Assembly: GCF_009914755.1 (NCBI RefSeq)
Contig: NC_060937.1
Length of the DNA: 64,000 bases
Direction: 5' to 3' (one strand)
Source: the human T2T-CHM13v2.0 reference genome, Homo sapiens
Both the position numbers and the translations under genes were made by a program. This document shows positions 1-13,622 of the stretch, in pieces. Within the stretch, counting starts at the first letter, position 1, and each line of letters begins with the position of its first letter. The notes below the pieces were generated by a model that saw only the letters and a list, made by a program, of their open reading frames with translations, did no database searches and was not told the DNA's origin.

Positions 1-544
1 TGGCTTCTATTCTCCTGAAAGTGGGTTGTCAAAACAAGACTAAAGTGATTCATGATTTTAGTTATTTGGGGTTTAGGTACATCAAGGACTGACTCTTGTT
101 CAAGTGAGTGCAGTTTGGCCTCTGAGAAGAAAACTTTCCCAGCAAATTGAAGCATTTAATGAACTGAAGAAAATGGTGTAATGAATTAAAGGATTAGGCA
201 GACCTGATATTTCATGGAGAATTAAATGTTGGCAATATCCAGTTCAATGTCTTCTTCAATTTAGGACTCTTGACTCTGGCTGAAATTAGCATTATAATTT
301 ATTATAATAAAATTGAATTGCACACTCAAGCTTGAAACCCTTCAAGAAGATAAAATTACAAAGAGAGACCCAGACATGGGGATTGTTTATCTCAATTAAA
401 AATTGAGTATCTACCAAAGGCCAGGAACTAGATTAGGGACAAGGAGACATTACCAGGCTACTGTGGAGTCACAGACAAGTACATAAAACCATGTGAAGGT
501 GTGATCATGCAGTGATTAAAATGTGTACAAAGTAGAGAAGGAAA

Positions 545-617
545 TTTTAAAAACTTTAAAACAAGGAGTCCTGCATTTTTACTTTATATTGGTCCTGCAA
601 ATAATGTAGTAGTCCTA
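545..617. mobile_element. MER91-like hAT/Tip100 MITE fragment
   Basis: aacaaggagtcctgcatttttactttatattggtcctgcaaataatgtagtagtcct resembles the recalled MER91A end. Confidence 0.55.
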
Positions 618-669
618 GGTAAGACCAAATTAATCATCAAATCACTTTCTAAAAATAGATTTTTCCTCT

Positions 670-745
670 TCATTCTTTCATTCATTCTTCCATCCAACAT
701 ATATCTCGTGTACCTAGTATGTGCCAGGAACCTTCATATAGGCAC
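670..745 (-). mobile_element. L2 3' end fragment
   Basis: (ttca)n followed by ...cctagtatgtgccagg, the typical L2 3' terminus read on the opposite strand. Confidence 0.6.
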
Positions 746-3700
746 CAAATTCTGATATCTGGGACTTGTTTGTGCTGGTTGTAAAATAATTGCACCTGCT
801 TTTTTTATTGTAAACTGTTCTATAATAACTTATTTTTCTTTTCTTATTGATATTTGGTATGTTAAAATCAATATCTCTGGGTCCTCAATATTTCCTTTTT
901 TGAGTCATCTGTTCTACTCTAAGGGTTTGTTTATGTTCACAAAGAGAAATTGAGAAGGGATGCTGTTATTTGGCAATTTCAAGTCCCAGGTTATGTAAGT
1001 CATGAGGCCAAAAGTGCTTGTCTGCCTGAATTCTCCAATCACTTGTTTCGATTTTGAAGTCCATTTTGTTTTCTCTTTAGGTCTAAATGTTAATGATTTT
1101 AAGGAAATAAGCTACAATTCAGAAGTTTATGTGACACTAAATATTTTAGAATTGGTTTACCTTCACATTTCAATTTATGCATTTCCTTATAAAGTTCTGG
1201 TGGTTTGGTCTGTCACCCATCTGTAATTTTCGTATGTCAGTGGAAGGGTTTACTAATTCAAGATATTCGTACCTTTAGTACTGTGTTAAACATCTTTCAT
1301 TTCTTTAGGAAAAAATTATAGTTCAGGATGAATGATTAGGGTGGAAATAGCATATTGATTCTCTCCTGGAGATGGCTAAGATGATGAATTATTTGAACCC
1401 TTCTGAGAAGACTATCAGTGGGTCAGTACTACAGTCAAAGAAATTATATTGCTCTTCTCACTTTTATTTTGTACCTTAAATAAACCTGCATTAAAAAAAC
1501 TCCCCTTATCTATTTCCTGAAATAAAAATCGCAAAAACACATCTTTGATATGAATTAACCTTCTAGGCTTAAACTTAGACTTAACATAGACTTAAATTCA
1601 AATTTTAATTGAGATTTTAAAATCTCTCCTCCCTATATGAATATTTAGATGTTTAGGTGGCATTTTCCTGTTCTATTCTATTCAGGAAATATGGACTCCT
1701 ACACCCTGTAGAAGGCATATTGTGACATTGTGCTTGCAAAGGGAGTCTGATTTCATTTGATTTTATATTAATTATTAAAAAACACACCTATAAGTTAACA
1801 GTTGTTCCTTCGTGTTTCCTCCTTAAATCAGCCTTTCTTTATTGGAAAGTGTGCTTCATTTATCCCAGATGGTTCCATGCTACCTAGAAATACAATGATA
1901 TGCCTACACCATTTATTTTGCGTAAGGTGGCATATTGCATGTTTGGGTGCACTCTTCATGTATTCTCTTTACCTCTGAGATGATCAAGAAACCAATTTCC
2001 TGACCACAAAAGAAGGAGGGTCCCCTGGCAGTTTGAGCATTTCTATTTACTGTTTTACCCTTGAGAAATCCTTCACACTATTTAAGCCTCAACATTTAAA
2101 AAACCAGTGAGCCATCAGAACCAGAACAGTAGCTTGCATGCTCTATTCATTAGTGTTTGTCATGGTTGTCCATACTGAATTACGGAATTTGAAGGTATAT
2201 TATGCCACAGAAACAGGGTCTGGTTTGGACTGTGAGAACAAGTGATGTACAAATAAAAGATTAGCCAAACTGCATTCTGTTTTGCATTCTAAAATTACCC
2301 TCAATTTGCCTAATAAGTATGTTTTTCTCCATTGATTAGGGGCTTTATGTTTAATTCTGCTTACGGTAGTGGTTGCGGTTTTCTTATAATACCAACATAG
2401 TCCATACCATGTGGACAAGAATTTCCCCTCTGCGTAGTATTATAACACTTGGGTGGAATAAATGGAAGGGTTTGTCCCTTTATCCCAGCAGGGCACATGG
2501 TGATTATTTATGGCCAGTATTTCATGAAAAATTAAATTCCTTGAGACTTACATTTTATAAAGTTTAACTATTTGCAGAGTAAATGTAAAATGCCTGTGCC
2601 TGGCCAACATCTTTCCAGTCTAGAAATTGAAGCAGTTCGCTATTCCTTCACTGACAACCATTCAGCCTCTTCATGCCTCAATTATATTTTCAGCCAATAA
2701 CATGTTCATAAATCAAATGAATAGCTTGAATCTAAGGGGAATATTTAAGTCTTATACATAACCAGGATCTGAGAATCTTATTCTCGAGGCTCTTAACATA
2801 TTGTTTAATTCTGCTTTTAGAAAATTTGCATTTTTTATTACAAGCTGGAAGTAATTTAAAACAGAAAAATTGACCCTGAAATCCAATATTATTTGTACAC
2901 TGTAAATATAACGTCTAAATTTATTCTTTAAATAATGAAAGATAAAAGAATATGCCTCTTTTGTAATGCAAAGACTAGTGGACAATAAAACATAAATATT
3001 TATGGGTCATTATAAAGGAATGGGATTTCATTCTATTTACTCCCAGGGGAAGGAGATTTGCTGTCCGTCCCTTCATAATCACAGTCATTTCCATCTGAAG
3101 CGTTCATAGGCAGTAACAGAGAAAAAAATAACAGTACTCCATTGCAATAGCCATTAGACAACGGGTGTTCTCCACTTATACGTGGGCTAAAAATTGCTTT
3201 AGGATGGTAACAAAGAAAGCAGCCTGTGTAGATATCTGTCATTACTGCTTTGTGCTGACCATCAGTGACTTTGGGAAGCATTGTGGCATTTGAGGGCTAC
3301 AGTATTTCCAGTGTTTTGTTAGATTGCTGAACATATTGATCTCACTAATGATTGCTTTTGAGCAAGACAATAGGGTGTTGCTAACAGAAACAGACCTTTG
3401 GCCTTATGTGGATGTGGCCAACAAATGCTGCCTGGAAATATAAGCTCTGTTATTTAGGGTCTCAACAATAGGTTTTCTTTTTTTTTTTTCTGGAAACTCA
3501 CAACAGAGGTTTGCTTATATCCTGTTGTGGCTGCTGAGCATTTATTTAAATATCACACATATTTTAAATTTATAATTTATTTAAACATTAAAGTATAACT
3601 GTAACAGAGACAGGTTGGCCTTAGAGTGAGCTCAACAGCCATATGTATTTATATGTTCTCTTTATGTATTTAGTGGGTTTGAAATTTACAGTCCCAACTT

Positions 3701-4176
3701 GGTCATAAAGAGGATTTTTTTTTTCATTCTTTCTATAGATAAATTCAACTTGGTCATCAGCTCACCGTTTCTGTGGATAAGAGAGAATATGATTTTGCTA
3801 CTTCAAGGTAGCTCAGTTTCTGCAGGGTTGAAAATGTTGTCTTTTGAGTAAATATTCAATGAGTTCATTTTTTTGTTTCATTTTATTTCTGTACAGATTT
3901 CAGACTCCCTGACTGTACTGCTCTTTTTTCTCAGGTTTCCTCTTCCTTGCTCCCCATTGGCTCTTGGTTAGGAGAGAGAATTATGTAGCATCATGGTGGA
4001 GGGCAGGAGGACCTGGTTCATGTTCTGTCCTCCAGACCTCACAGCACTGAGAGATCTCATCCAGCTTAGTGTTTGGTTATCAGTCTTTATTGTCCCGGCA
4101 CTCCCTACTGTGGTGTCCGTTGTGTGTTCTCTTGGAGCAGGTGCTATCTCGTGCGGCTCACAGAGCCTGTCCAGGG

Positions 4177-4503
4177 TCTTAGTCCACTTGGGCTGCTCAA
4201 ACCTTAGACTGGGTAATTTGTAAGCAACAGAAATTTATTTCTCACAGTTCTAAAGGCTGGGAAGTCCAAGATCAAAGGCCCACTCTCTGCTTCATGACAC
4301 CTCTAGCCATATCTTCAGATGGTGGAAGGGGCAAACAAGCTCCCCCAGGCCTCTTTTATAAGTTCACTAATCCCTTTCACGAGGGCTCCACCCTCATGAC
4401 TTAATCACTTCCCTACAGGCCACACCTCTTAATACTATCACATTGAGAATTAGGTTTCAACATATGAATTTGGGGGCACCCCAAAATTCAGACCATGATA
4501 ACA
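4177..4503 (-). mobile_element. MLT1A-type MaLR solo LTR
   Basis: gtcttagtcc...gaaatttatttctcacagttct...ggctgggaagtccaagatcaa...tttcaacatatgaatttggggg...attcagaccat. Confidence 0.85.
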
Positions 4504-4819
4504 GCTCTTTGTGAGGCTTGGCCATCTCCACATCTCTGCCATCGTTGGCACAGCAGCCTCCCTGCATCCCTCCTCCCTCCTCTCTCTGGACAGTCACCCC
4601 TGAGCTTCTGCTATGGAGTCCCCGGCAGGCATGGTGGCTCTTTACTGTCAATGATCTCTGTTGCCGTAGAGAGATTGTAGGGAGATTTTGAGGTTTCTTC
4701 CATGCCAGTATACCTGGATGGGGAGAGATGGGTCATCTCATCCATCTCTCTTTCTAGACTTGCTCAGCCATCATTTTCACTCTCTTGATGGCCACCCATG
4801 TTGGTGCAGAGAACAGGTT

Positions 4820-5080
4820 GGAGGAGGACATGAGAAGTTTACTTTTAGCCTAAGATCTTACATTTGCGATATCTAATAAGCATACAGTGGAGCAGGCAGT
4901 TGCAGACATAGTTCTAGAATTTAGGGGAGAGTTCTGGGTTGGAGATAATAATTTGGAAGTCAGTAACCTTTAAGTCATACTTAAAGCTATGAGACTAGAT
5001 AAAATCACAAAGGAAGTGTATATAGATGAAAACTAAGGAGATAAAATGGGTTCATAAAAAATACTGAAAAGAAGCTACTG
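4820..5080 (-). mobile_element. L2 fragment
   Basis: ggcagttg...tagaatttaggggagag...ggagataataatttggaagtc...gagactagataaaatcac motifs. Confidence 0.6.
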
Positions 5081-6157
5081 GACATAATAATAATAATAAT
5101 TTAAAGAAAATTATCATAGGCCCTAAGGCTAGATGGGACATTCAAGTTTTACCTGTGAAAGTTGTAAGGAATAGATCCAAATGGGCAGACATTTCTCCTT
5201 TTCCCCAAACTTCCCTAATTGATCTCAGAACCTTTTTCACCAGGCCTGGAACCCTTCACTAGTCGACACAGTGCTTTCTCAGTAGATTCAAACTGGAACA
5301 TGTAATGAAACTTATTTTCCAAACAGATATAAATTTTAGGGTGAGCAAAGTAGCAATTGGTTCAAAAAAACAGGTAATCCTACTTCCTTCCTGGAAACTT
5401 CTTTAAAACACTCAGCCATGACCCACAGACTGGAATAGGTCTTCTCCAGTCAAGGACTGGATAAGTTTAACCCTTGGTACAGGACTGCCTATAGTAGCAT
5501 CGTGGAGAAGCTCCAATGTGTGCTCAGATGAGGACCCTGAGCTACACCTTCTATGAAGGAATCTGGAGTCAAGGAAACCCACCACTGTTATCTCCCAGGA
5601 TCCCTCAGATTCCCTGGTGCACTCTTGCTTGCTTTCTTTTCCAGGAAGAAAGAAGATACAAAATTTTGAATGTGATGACCATGGCTTTTTTAGGATCCAA
5701 GGGTCTTGGCAACACATAAAATGTCAAGTCCTAGAGCTGCATTGTTGTCTGCAGTGCCCTGGTGGTTGGCTGCAGTCCTTCATGGGAGCTCTTTCTACTC
5801 CCTTGGTTTGCTTAGATGGGCTCATATTTGTAGAATTTACAGCGAACTACCGGGCATTTGGCATATAGGTCTGATCACGTTGAATACCAAACAACAGAAA
5901 TGCTATAAAATTTAAAGTTTCAAATTGTTTGACTAAAGCATTTGTATTAATGAAATTCAAATTTGTCGAATTTTGTTACTTTGTCAATTTTTGTTTGGTC
6001 ATACCCTACTTTCCCAAACGACCCATTGCTTTTTTTTTCTCCCCAGATTTAAAGTGAATTGTAATGAATTTTTAAAAAGAATTTTGGAATAATCTTTGAA
6101 AATCCTCGGAGATATTCTATGAATTGCAGAACCAGAGTTAGGAATTATGGTCTAAAG

Positions 6158-6367
6158 CAGAGTTTTTAAACCTTAGCCCTACTGGAGTTTTGGGCAAGAT
6201 AATTCTTCGCTGTTGGGGGCTGTCCTGTGAACTGTAGGATGATTAGCAACATCCCTGGCCAACACCCTCAGTAGCACTTCAGCCCAGTTGTGACAGTCAA
6301 AAATAGCTCCAGATACTGCCAGATGTCCCTTGGGGGAGCAAAATCACTCCCAGTTGAGAATCATGGC
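6158..6367 (-). mobile_element. MER20 (hAT-Charlie MITE)
   Basis: gataattctt...gggggctgtcctgtg..ctgtaggatg...gtgacagtcaaaaat..ctccaga...gcaaaatcactcccagttgagaatca; ~210 bp. Confidence 0.9.
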
Positions 6368-9300
6368 CAAAAGGACAGAATTATTAAAAAAAAAAAATTT
6401 TTTTTCTCAATAGAAATGTATTTAAGACATTCTAATTTATATATGTAGATTTTAAGTCTCCCCAAAACCTTATCATTTTTCCTGTCTTTTGTGAGAGTGT
6501 TGTGGACTTGAGGATTTAATTGGTCAAATCACATTAGGCATGAAACATGGGAAAATCTGGTGGGATTTTAGAAGATTTAGTAAGACTACGTAAATTAAAG
6601 TGGAGCACCAGAATTTAAATAAAGTAGGGCTCAGCCACAGAAGTGGATTTTAAGAGAGATGTAGTGCAGTGATATGTGAACTCTCCAAGTAGAAGCTGCT
6701 TTGGCTGCCTACCTTCCACTGTTCAGTTACAGAAAACTGTGCTGTTGATTGAGAATCTTTACCCAGACATTCAGAAATTTCTGTAGAGCACTTTATTTGT
6801 GTCCATTGTTTTAATGTAACATAAGCCAAAGCTCAAAATATAGAATAATAGATGGATGTTTATGGCCGATCCATGAAGAGACAGTCAGATCAGTTTTATT
6901 CCACTGGAAGGAAAGGTTAACACCCAAGAGGTTAGTAAGAAAAGAAAACACATCTCTGATTATCTTCCAAAAAATATCTCTGCGTTAACCATATGCAGAG
7001 GACAGTTTAACCTGAGTTAATATGGTATGATCCAAAGGAAATGTATGGAAATGGAAAGAAATGAACACACTTAAATATAAAGGGAGTTAAGATTTTAGGA
7101 GATCAATTTCTTGCCTACATTTTTTCAAAAGAGGTTTCGAGGACAATGCCATTGGAAATACATAACAGAAACAGTGGTAATATGGAGAGATTCCTCCCTA
7201 AAAGAAAGAAAGGGATGGATGACTGAGGAGGTGTTTATACCTTCTATTCTCAGCCAACTAAATGTTAGACAATGATGCCATGTGTCCTTAACAAATGGAA
7301 TTTTCTAGGGAAAAAGCACAGGAAGTCAATATATTTCTTAAATTAAAAACAAACTTTGAAAATTTGGTGATTTTTATTTTTATTTGAAAAATCTGAAAAT
7401 ACATTTGGTGTGCAACATTATTCTGGTAGGTACACTGTTGCCTAAAATTGTACTTATACTTTGTAGCAGCTCATATATGTTTTCAGATTTTCTGGTTATC
7501 TCACTTGGTCTATAAAAACAGCTGAACTCTTTCATTTTAAAATATCTGAAGGAATTTTTTCCTTAGAGGAGAAATTTTAAGGATGGGTTATAAATAAACT
7601 CTTTAAGAACTAGTAACAGTTGTTGTGTTCTTAGGCACCAATTCTGTGTACGCATTTGAGGTGGACAAAACTTACCCAGAAATCAGAACATAAACTGTGT
7701 TAGGTGAAGCGAAAGCTTTCTCACTGCTAAATTTGGTTAACTACTTTGTCTTTGGCTGGTTTTCAAATAAAGATGTTCTTTAAGAAAAGTGATTTTTAAT
7801 GACTTTGAATATTTCCCTGTAAAACCCTCTTCTAAGGGGTTGAATAATTTATGCATTTTTAATGTTAGAGAGGGAAGGTATTCCTTGAAGGCCAGCTTTT
7901 TATAAGCACTTTGTCATGGCTGATTGATCTCTCCACTCAGAACTACAATCTTCCATGAAACATGCAATTGAGTAGGTCACTTGACCCCAATACCTCCAAA
8001 GCGCATAAATGGGTTATGAACACAGACATATACACAATGTTAATTTCAATTGCCAAACACAAGTATCATAAAGAAACAAGCAACCCTAAGATAAAGAAAA
8101 GTAGAATGTAGGGCAAAGATAGAAGCAAATTAAAAGCAAATTAATAAGTTGTAAATCTTACATAGGCAAATCTTAAGATGTTAAGGTCACTCAATTTGGA
8201 AAAGTACATGAACTGTTTCCTGGGAGAATTGGACATTTATGGGCATAGGTGGACATCTGTCTATACCCTCAGATAAATCTATAGCATGTGACACCGTGCT
8301 TCATTGATTTTCTGTTTTCTTCAAGTTAAGGTTTATCCAAACTTATTGTTTTGCTCCAGGTCACAGGTCACTGGCTAGGCTATAATCTGGCTTCACTTGA
8401 GTCCAGTGGCCACCTCTGGTTCAGTCATTAATGAACAGGGAGTCAGAGTTGGTTGCATGCTTATGGGATTTGGCTCTTACAAGTGGGACAGCGCCTATGA
8501 GAGGGTTGTCCGGGGTAGCCTTTGGCCTCATCAGCACACTCATGCCCCGTCTTCTGAAGCAAGTATAATTTTCCACAAATTGTATTCTCTTCAACATAGA
8601 AATATTCCTAACAGGATTTTAAAGCCTAACTGAAAAACAACTGTATGTCCATTTGATTTTAAGTTATTTCAGAATATCCTGAAAAAAAAATTATCTTGCC
8701 TGTTGAACTCTTTCTATAGCATAGAGTTGGAAGGTGTTAAAATCTTCCAGAAGAAACAATATGGCAATTCTTCCCCTTTTCGCCATTTCAAAAGCCTTGG
8801 CGAATGAGCGTCAGGGAGAGAGCTGGTAGTGGGTGATGCTGTGAAACCACAGCCATATTCTCTCTATGGGCCCGGAGGTCACAGTGCTGCACTGGAACAT
8901 CTGTTCCTTAGTACCGACTGTGTACCCCTATCAGCCACTGGTGGCAGCAGGCATCCTCCGATGTGCCTATCATCTCTGATGACAAGAGCAAATGGTCTTC
9001 CTCAGGGACCCACAGAACTGACAACCTGGCCACAGTGACATGAGGGCCGAGGTGGGGGCAGTTGCTGCTTGTGTCACCACCCACCAAGGTTTCTGGGGAC
9101 CCCAAGCCTGCCCATTGTCACACTGGACACCAGCCTGGGTGCAAATAGATTGCAATTGCAGAAAGCTAGTTTCCTGATGCCAGCACTTTTTGAAGCTGTA
9201 GTAGGCAAAGCATTGCCATTTTTAATCATCAGAGAAATGGTTCTGGGGCAGGAGCTCCTCACTTTGCTTGCCTCGGGGTTAGGATTTAGCAGTTTTGAAG

Positions 9301-9485
9301 AGATTTGTTTAATATGTATGATTAATGGATCAAAACAAACTTTTACTCGGTTACCAGGGTTGTTTACTCTAATAATAAATTCATATGAGTGATTTTAATA
9401 GGTTTTCTAATAAAGGATTTTAAAAGGCATTTTGAAATTTCTGTTATATGTAGAGCTTTTTCAGAAATCATTATAATTTATATAC

Positions 9486-9487
<2 letters not shown>

Positions 9488-9519
<32 letters not shown>
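9488..9519. repeat. (TG)n microsatellite
   Basis: ~16 TG units seen directly. Confidence 0.97.
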
Positions 9520-9522
<3 letters not shown>

Positions 9523-9864
9523 GGAGTGTTTGATCAGGACATTTTTGATAAACATTTTTTTCTTGCTGGTAATAGAAAATAACTAACAGATACTCTTCTG
9601 GTATGGTTAAATATTCCTAAGAAAGTGCTCTCACATTGTACATGTTTTTATTATACTGTAATGAGTTAAGAAGAATTATAGGATTTACTCCATTTTTCTC
9701 AGCCTCCTTTTGCCCTTGCTTAAATTAGTTAAATATGTGTATCTCTTTCTCCCTTGGATGCCCCTCCCTGGTGGCTACTGTTAGAGATATTCTTCCTAGT
9801 CCAATATTTCTGAAGAAGAAGGTTCAGATATCTATAGCTTGGAGTGGACTGAGCCTGAGGCTAA

Positions 9865-9990
9865 GTTCTAAGACAAAAACCTTGGAGTCATCCTTGATTC
9901 TCTCTCTTTCTCACACCCAGTATCCAATCCATGAGGACATGTTGACACTAACTTCAAAGTTTAGCCAAAACTGGGCTGTTCAGCACCAGC
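9865..9990 (+). mobile_element. L2 internal fragment, inverted relative to the neighbouring L2a
   Basis: aaaaccttggagtcatccttgattctctctctttctcacaccc..atccaatcc is a hallmark L2a segment. Confidence 0.8.
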
Positions 9991-10226
9991 TCTGCTTAGC
10001 CTTCTTTATTTTCATCTATACAGTCTCCACTGATGACTGGTGCTTGCAAGGGACTGTCTGTAAAATATGCTTAATGTCTAAGGCATTCATAACTGCATGT
10101 GTAACATGTACGTAGTTTAGTAAAACTGCGTTGCATTACTCATCTGTAAGTCCTCCAGACCATCCCTGGCAGAATCAATCATTTCCTCCTCTGCATCACC
10201 TTTATACCTTGTACAATACATCCCTG

Positions 10227-11495
10227 TTACTCATTCAACAAATATTCCCTGAGAACCTACTATGTGCTAGGATCTTAGCTAGATTCTTAGGATACATCAG
10301 AGAGAAGAGAGGAAAAAACGTTTGCCTTTGTCAAGTTTACTTTCTAGCAGAAGATGACAAATAGTAATAAATATAATAAATAAGTACATGCTAGTGTGTG
10401 ATATGTATGAAGGGAAAAGTCTGAGAGTATGAGTTCAGGAATACCAGAATACGTTGGAAACTTAAATTGGATGAGAGGGTTGAATTAAGTGAAGGTGTGG
10501 AAAAGGTGAAGGAATTAACTAACAGATATCTGGGAACAACCACTGTGGGGGACCCTAAGGTAGGAACAGGCTTAGTGAGTTCCAAGGGTAGCATGGAGGC
10601 CAGTGCAGCTGAAGGGGAGGGAGCAGGGGGAGAGTAGCAGGAGATGAGTTGACAGATGACGAGGAGGAACAATCTAGGATCTGGGACCCACCGAAGGCCC
10701 TTTGGCCTTACTCTGTGCGAAATGGGAAGCCAGTGGAAAGTTTTGAGCAGAGTATCACAGAAGCAGCATTATGTCTTAATCATATCCATCTGGCTGCTGT
10801 GTTCTGTAGTTTTATTGCAATAATATAGGCAAGATGTGAGGATGAATTGTACCACGGAAGGTGCAGAGGAGATGGTAAGGAGCAGCCAAGTTCTGGCTAC
10901 ACTTTGGAGTCAGTGCCAACAGGATGTCCTGATGATTGGATGTTGGGGTGAGAGAGAGAGAGAGAGAGAGAGTCAAGGAAGTCAACGATGATGACCAGGG
11001 TCTTGATCTGAACAACTGGAAGGATGGAGCTGTCATCAATGGAGATGAGGAAAACAGCAGGGGGAACAGGTTAGGAGATTCATTTGGGGGTAGGGTCAGA
11101 AATCAGAAGTTCTGTTTCGGACGTGGCTAATTGGAATTATCTATTAGAGTTCTAAATGGAAATATCAAGTAACGAGTCTGGAGTTCAGAGGAGAAAGTTG
11201 GAGCTAGAGATGTAAAATTGAGAGCTGTGAGCCAATAGATGGAATTTAGCACCATAAGACTGGAAAGATCACCAAGAGCATGTGTATAGGAAAAGAGAAT
11301 GTTCAAGGGATGAATCTTGGGGACACTCTAATGTTAAGAGATGAGGAGAAAGAAGAAGAAAAAGCAAAGGACACCAAAAAGGAACAAACAGTGAAGTTGG
11401 AGGGAAACTAGAAGAGTATAGTTTCCTGGAAGCTAAATGAAAACAAATTACTTAAAAAGTGATCGGTTGGATCAAATAAGGTTGATAGATTGACC
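10227..11495 (-). mobile_element. L2a, ~1.25 kb 3' portion, with (GA)n expansion at ~10950-10972
   Basis: cattcaacaaatatt...cctactatgtgctagg start; gaaatgggaagccagtggaaagttttgagcagag; gcaactgga-like and ggagttcagaggaga motifs. Confidence 0.9.
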
Positions 11496-11619
11496 TTAAA
11501 AATAATGTTATTTAGGTCTTCTGCATCCTTTTTTCATATTATCTTACTCATAATTTTACTACAGAAAGAATTTTCCAGGTCTGTATAAAGGAAGATAGGG
11601 TCTTTTACTACTCTTTCTT

Positions 11620-12085
11620 CCCCCGTAGTTTGTTATAAAAATATTTAAACATAAAAAGTTAACTGTACAGTTTTTGCCTATTTACTTACCATCTAGATTC
11701 AACAATTAACATTGTTCTTTATTTGCTTTATAAGCCATCAAGCCATGTTACGTTTTGCACATTTCAAAGTAAGTTGCAGGCTTTACCCCTAAACACTTCA
11801 GCAGGTATTGTGCATATCATTATCTACAATTCAATATTTGTTTGCTGTTTTTTTTCGGTAAAATTTACTGGTGGCTAAATGTAAAAATTTCAAGTATGCC
11901 GTTCAGCTACCTTTGACAAATGGATGTAACATATAACCCAACTCTATTAATATATAAAACATTACTGTTCCCCACCCCCTCCAGGGGCCTCCCTTATTTC
12001 CTCACCTTCCAAAGGCAGTCACTGTTCCACTGTTCTGATTTTTTTTAACCAGCAATTAGTATAGCTTGTTCTTGAACATCATGCT
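11620..12085 (-). mobile_element. Old L1M (L1MC/L1ME) 3' end fragments
   Basis: ccatctagattcaacaattaacatt, atttcaaagtaagttgcag, cccctaaacacttcagca, tagcttgttcttgaacatc. Confidence 0.65.
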
Positions 12086-13541
12086 CCTAGAAATCTAAAG
12101 ACCATGCTTCTACCTAGGGCTGTGTGCATTCTCAGGGCTATATTCATGTTCATGGAAGACCTGAAAAAGCCCCAAGCTCTCACTTCTATCCAAACTTGAA
12201 GCATTGGGAAAGCAGGACATGAAGGCTAATGTGGAGTTGTAGACTTCTTGGCTGAGTGTTGAAGACATGCACTAACTACACACAGAGCCACTTGGCAGAC
12301 TGGGACACGTATTAGTTCCAGGTATTTAAGGCAATCTCTGTCCAATCATTAGCTGTCCTGTAAGCTAATTGGGCACAGACGTTAGTGGCACACGTGACAA
12401 AAAATATAGACTTTACAGAGTTAATTTAGAAAAGTCACTGAACAAACAGACGACAAACAGCAACAACAAACCTTGGGGAATGAGAAAAATCTGATTTTCA
12501 AAATGCCAATTTATATCATTTAAAATGTCTAGTTTTTTAACAAAAAATTGATGAGACATGCAAAAATAAAGAAAGTGTGGCCAAAAAAATCATGGTGGCA
12601 GTAGGGAGACAGTCAAGAGAACTTCCTTGAGGAAGTCCATACTAGTTGGACATACAAAACAATGGCTTTAAAACAGATGTTTTAAATATGTTCAAGTAAC
12701 TAAAAGAAACCCTATATGAGAAATAAAGTATCAGAACAATGCCTCCCTAAATATAAAATATCAAAAAAGATACAAAAGTTTTTGTTTTAGAAAAGGAATA
12801 GAATAGAAAATCTAGAGTTGAAAAGTACAATGACTGAAATAAGAAATTTACTAGAGGAGCTCAGCAGCAGATTTGAGCAAGCAGAAGAATCACGTATATT
12901 GAAGACAGATCAATTGAGATTATCCAGTTGAAAAAACGCAAAGAAGAATGAAAAAAGATGAACAGAGCCTCAGAGGTCTATGGGACACCATCAAGCATAC
13001 CAACATATGCAAATGGGCGTCCCACAAGGAAAGGAGAAAAAGAAAGGAACAGAAAGAATGCTTGAAGAAATAAGGGTGAAAACTTCCCAATTTTGCTAAA
13101 AAGCATTAATCTACACATTGTTGAAGAAGCTCAGCAAACTCCACATAGCATAAACTCAAATAGAACCATCTTAGACACATCATAATTAAACCATGAAGAT
13201 CTGAATACAAGGAGAGAATATTGAAAAGAGAAGCAATTCATCACAAGTGCAAGGGATCCTCAGTAATGTTAACAGCTGATTTCTCCCCCCCAAAAATCAT
13301 GAAGGCCAGAAAGCAGTGGGATGACATATTCATATTCAAAGTGCTCAAAGAATAACCTATCAATCAAGAATTCTATATCCAGCAAAGCCATCCTTTAATA
13401 ATGAAGGAGAAATTAAGTATTTTCACATTAAAGGAAATCTGTCACTATCAGATATTTCGTACAAGAAATATTAAAAATAATCCTTTGAAAAATGACAAGG
13501 AATTAATATAACCAGAAGATATCTAACACAAAGCAGTTTGT

Positions 13542-13616
13542 GTTGAATAAAAAGGACATTATAGAAGTTGAATAAAAAGGACATTATAGAAGTTGAATAA
13601 AAAGGACATTATAGAA
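13542..13616. repeat. Perfect tandem repeat, 3 x 25 bp
   Basis: gttgaataaaaaggacattatagaa repeated three times with no mismatch. Confidence 0.97.
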
Positions 13617-13622
13617 TGTTAA

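Noticed and set aside
3739-3807. 69-nt exon-like segment with one open frame
   Set aside because: Weak donor (gtagct) and unrecognised peptide
5646-5868. Acceptor ctttcttttccag| followed by short ORFs (EERRYKILNV...)
   Set aside because: Only superficial resemblance to P4-ATPase motifs; stops early and has no convincing donor
13542-13616. Direct repeats as a CRISPR-like array
   Set aside because: No spacers, no cas genes, primate DNA; a simple tandem repeat
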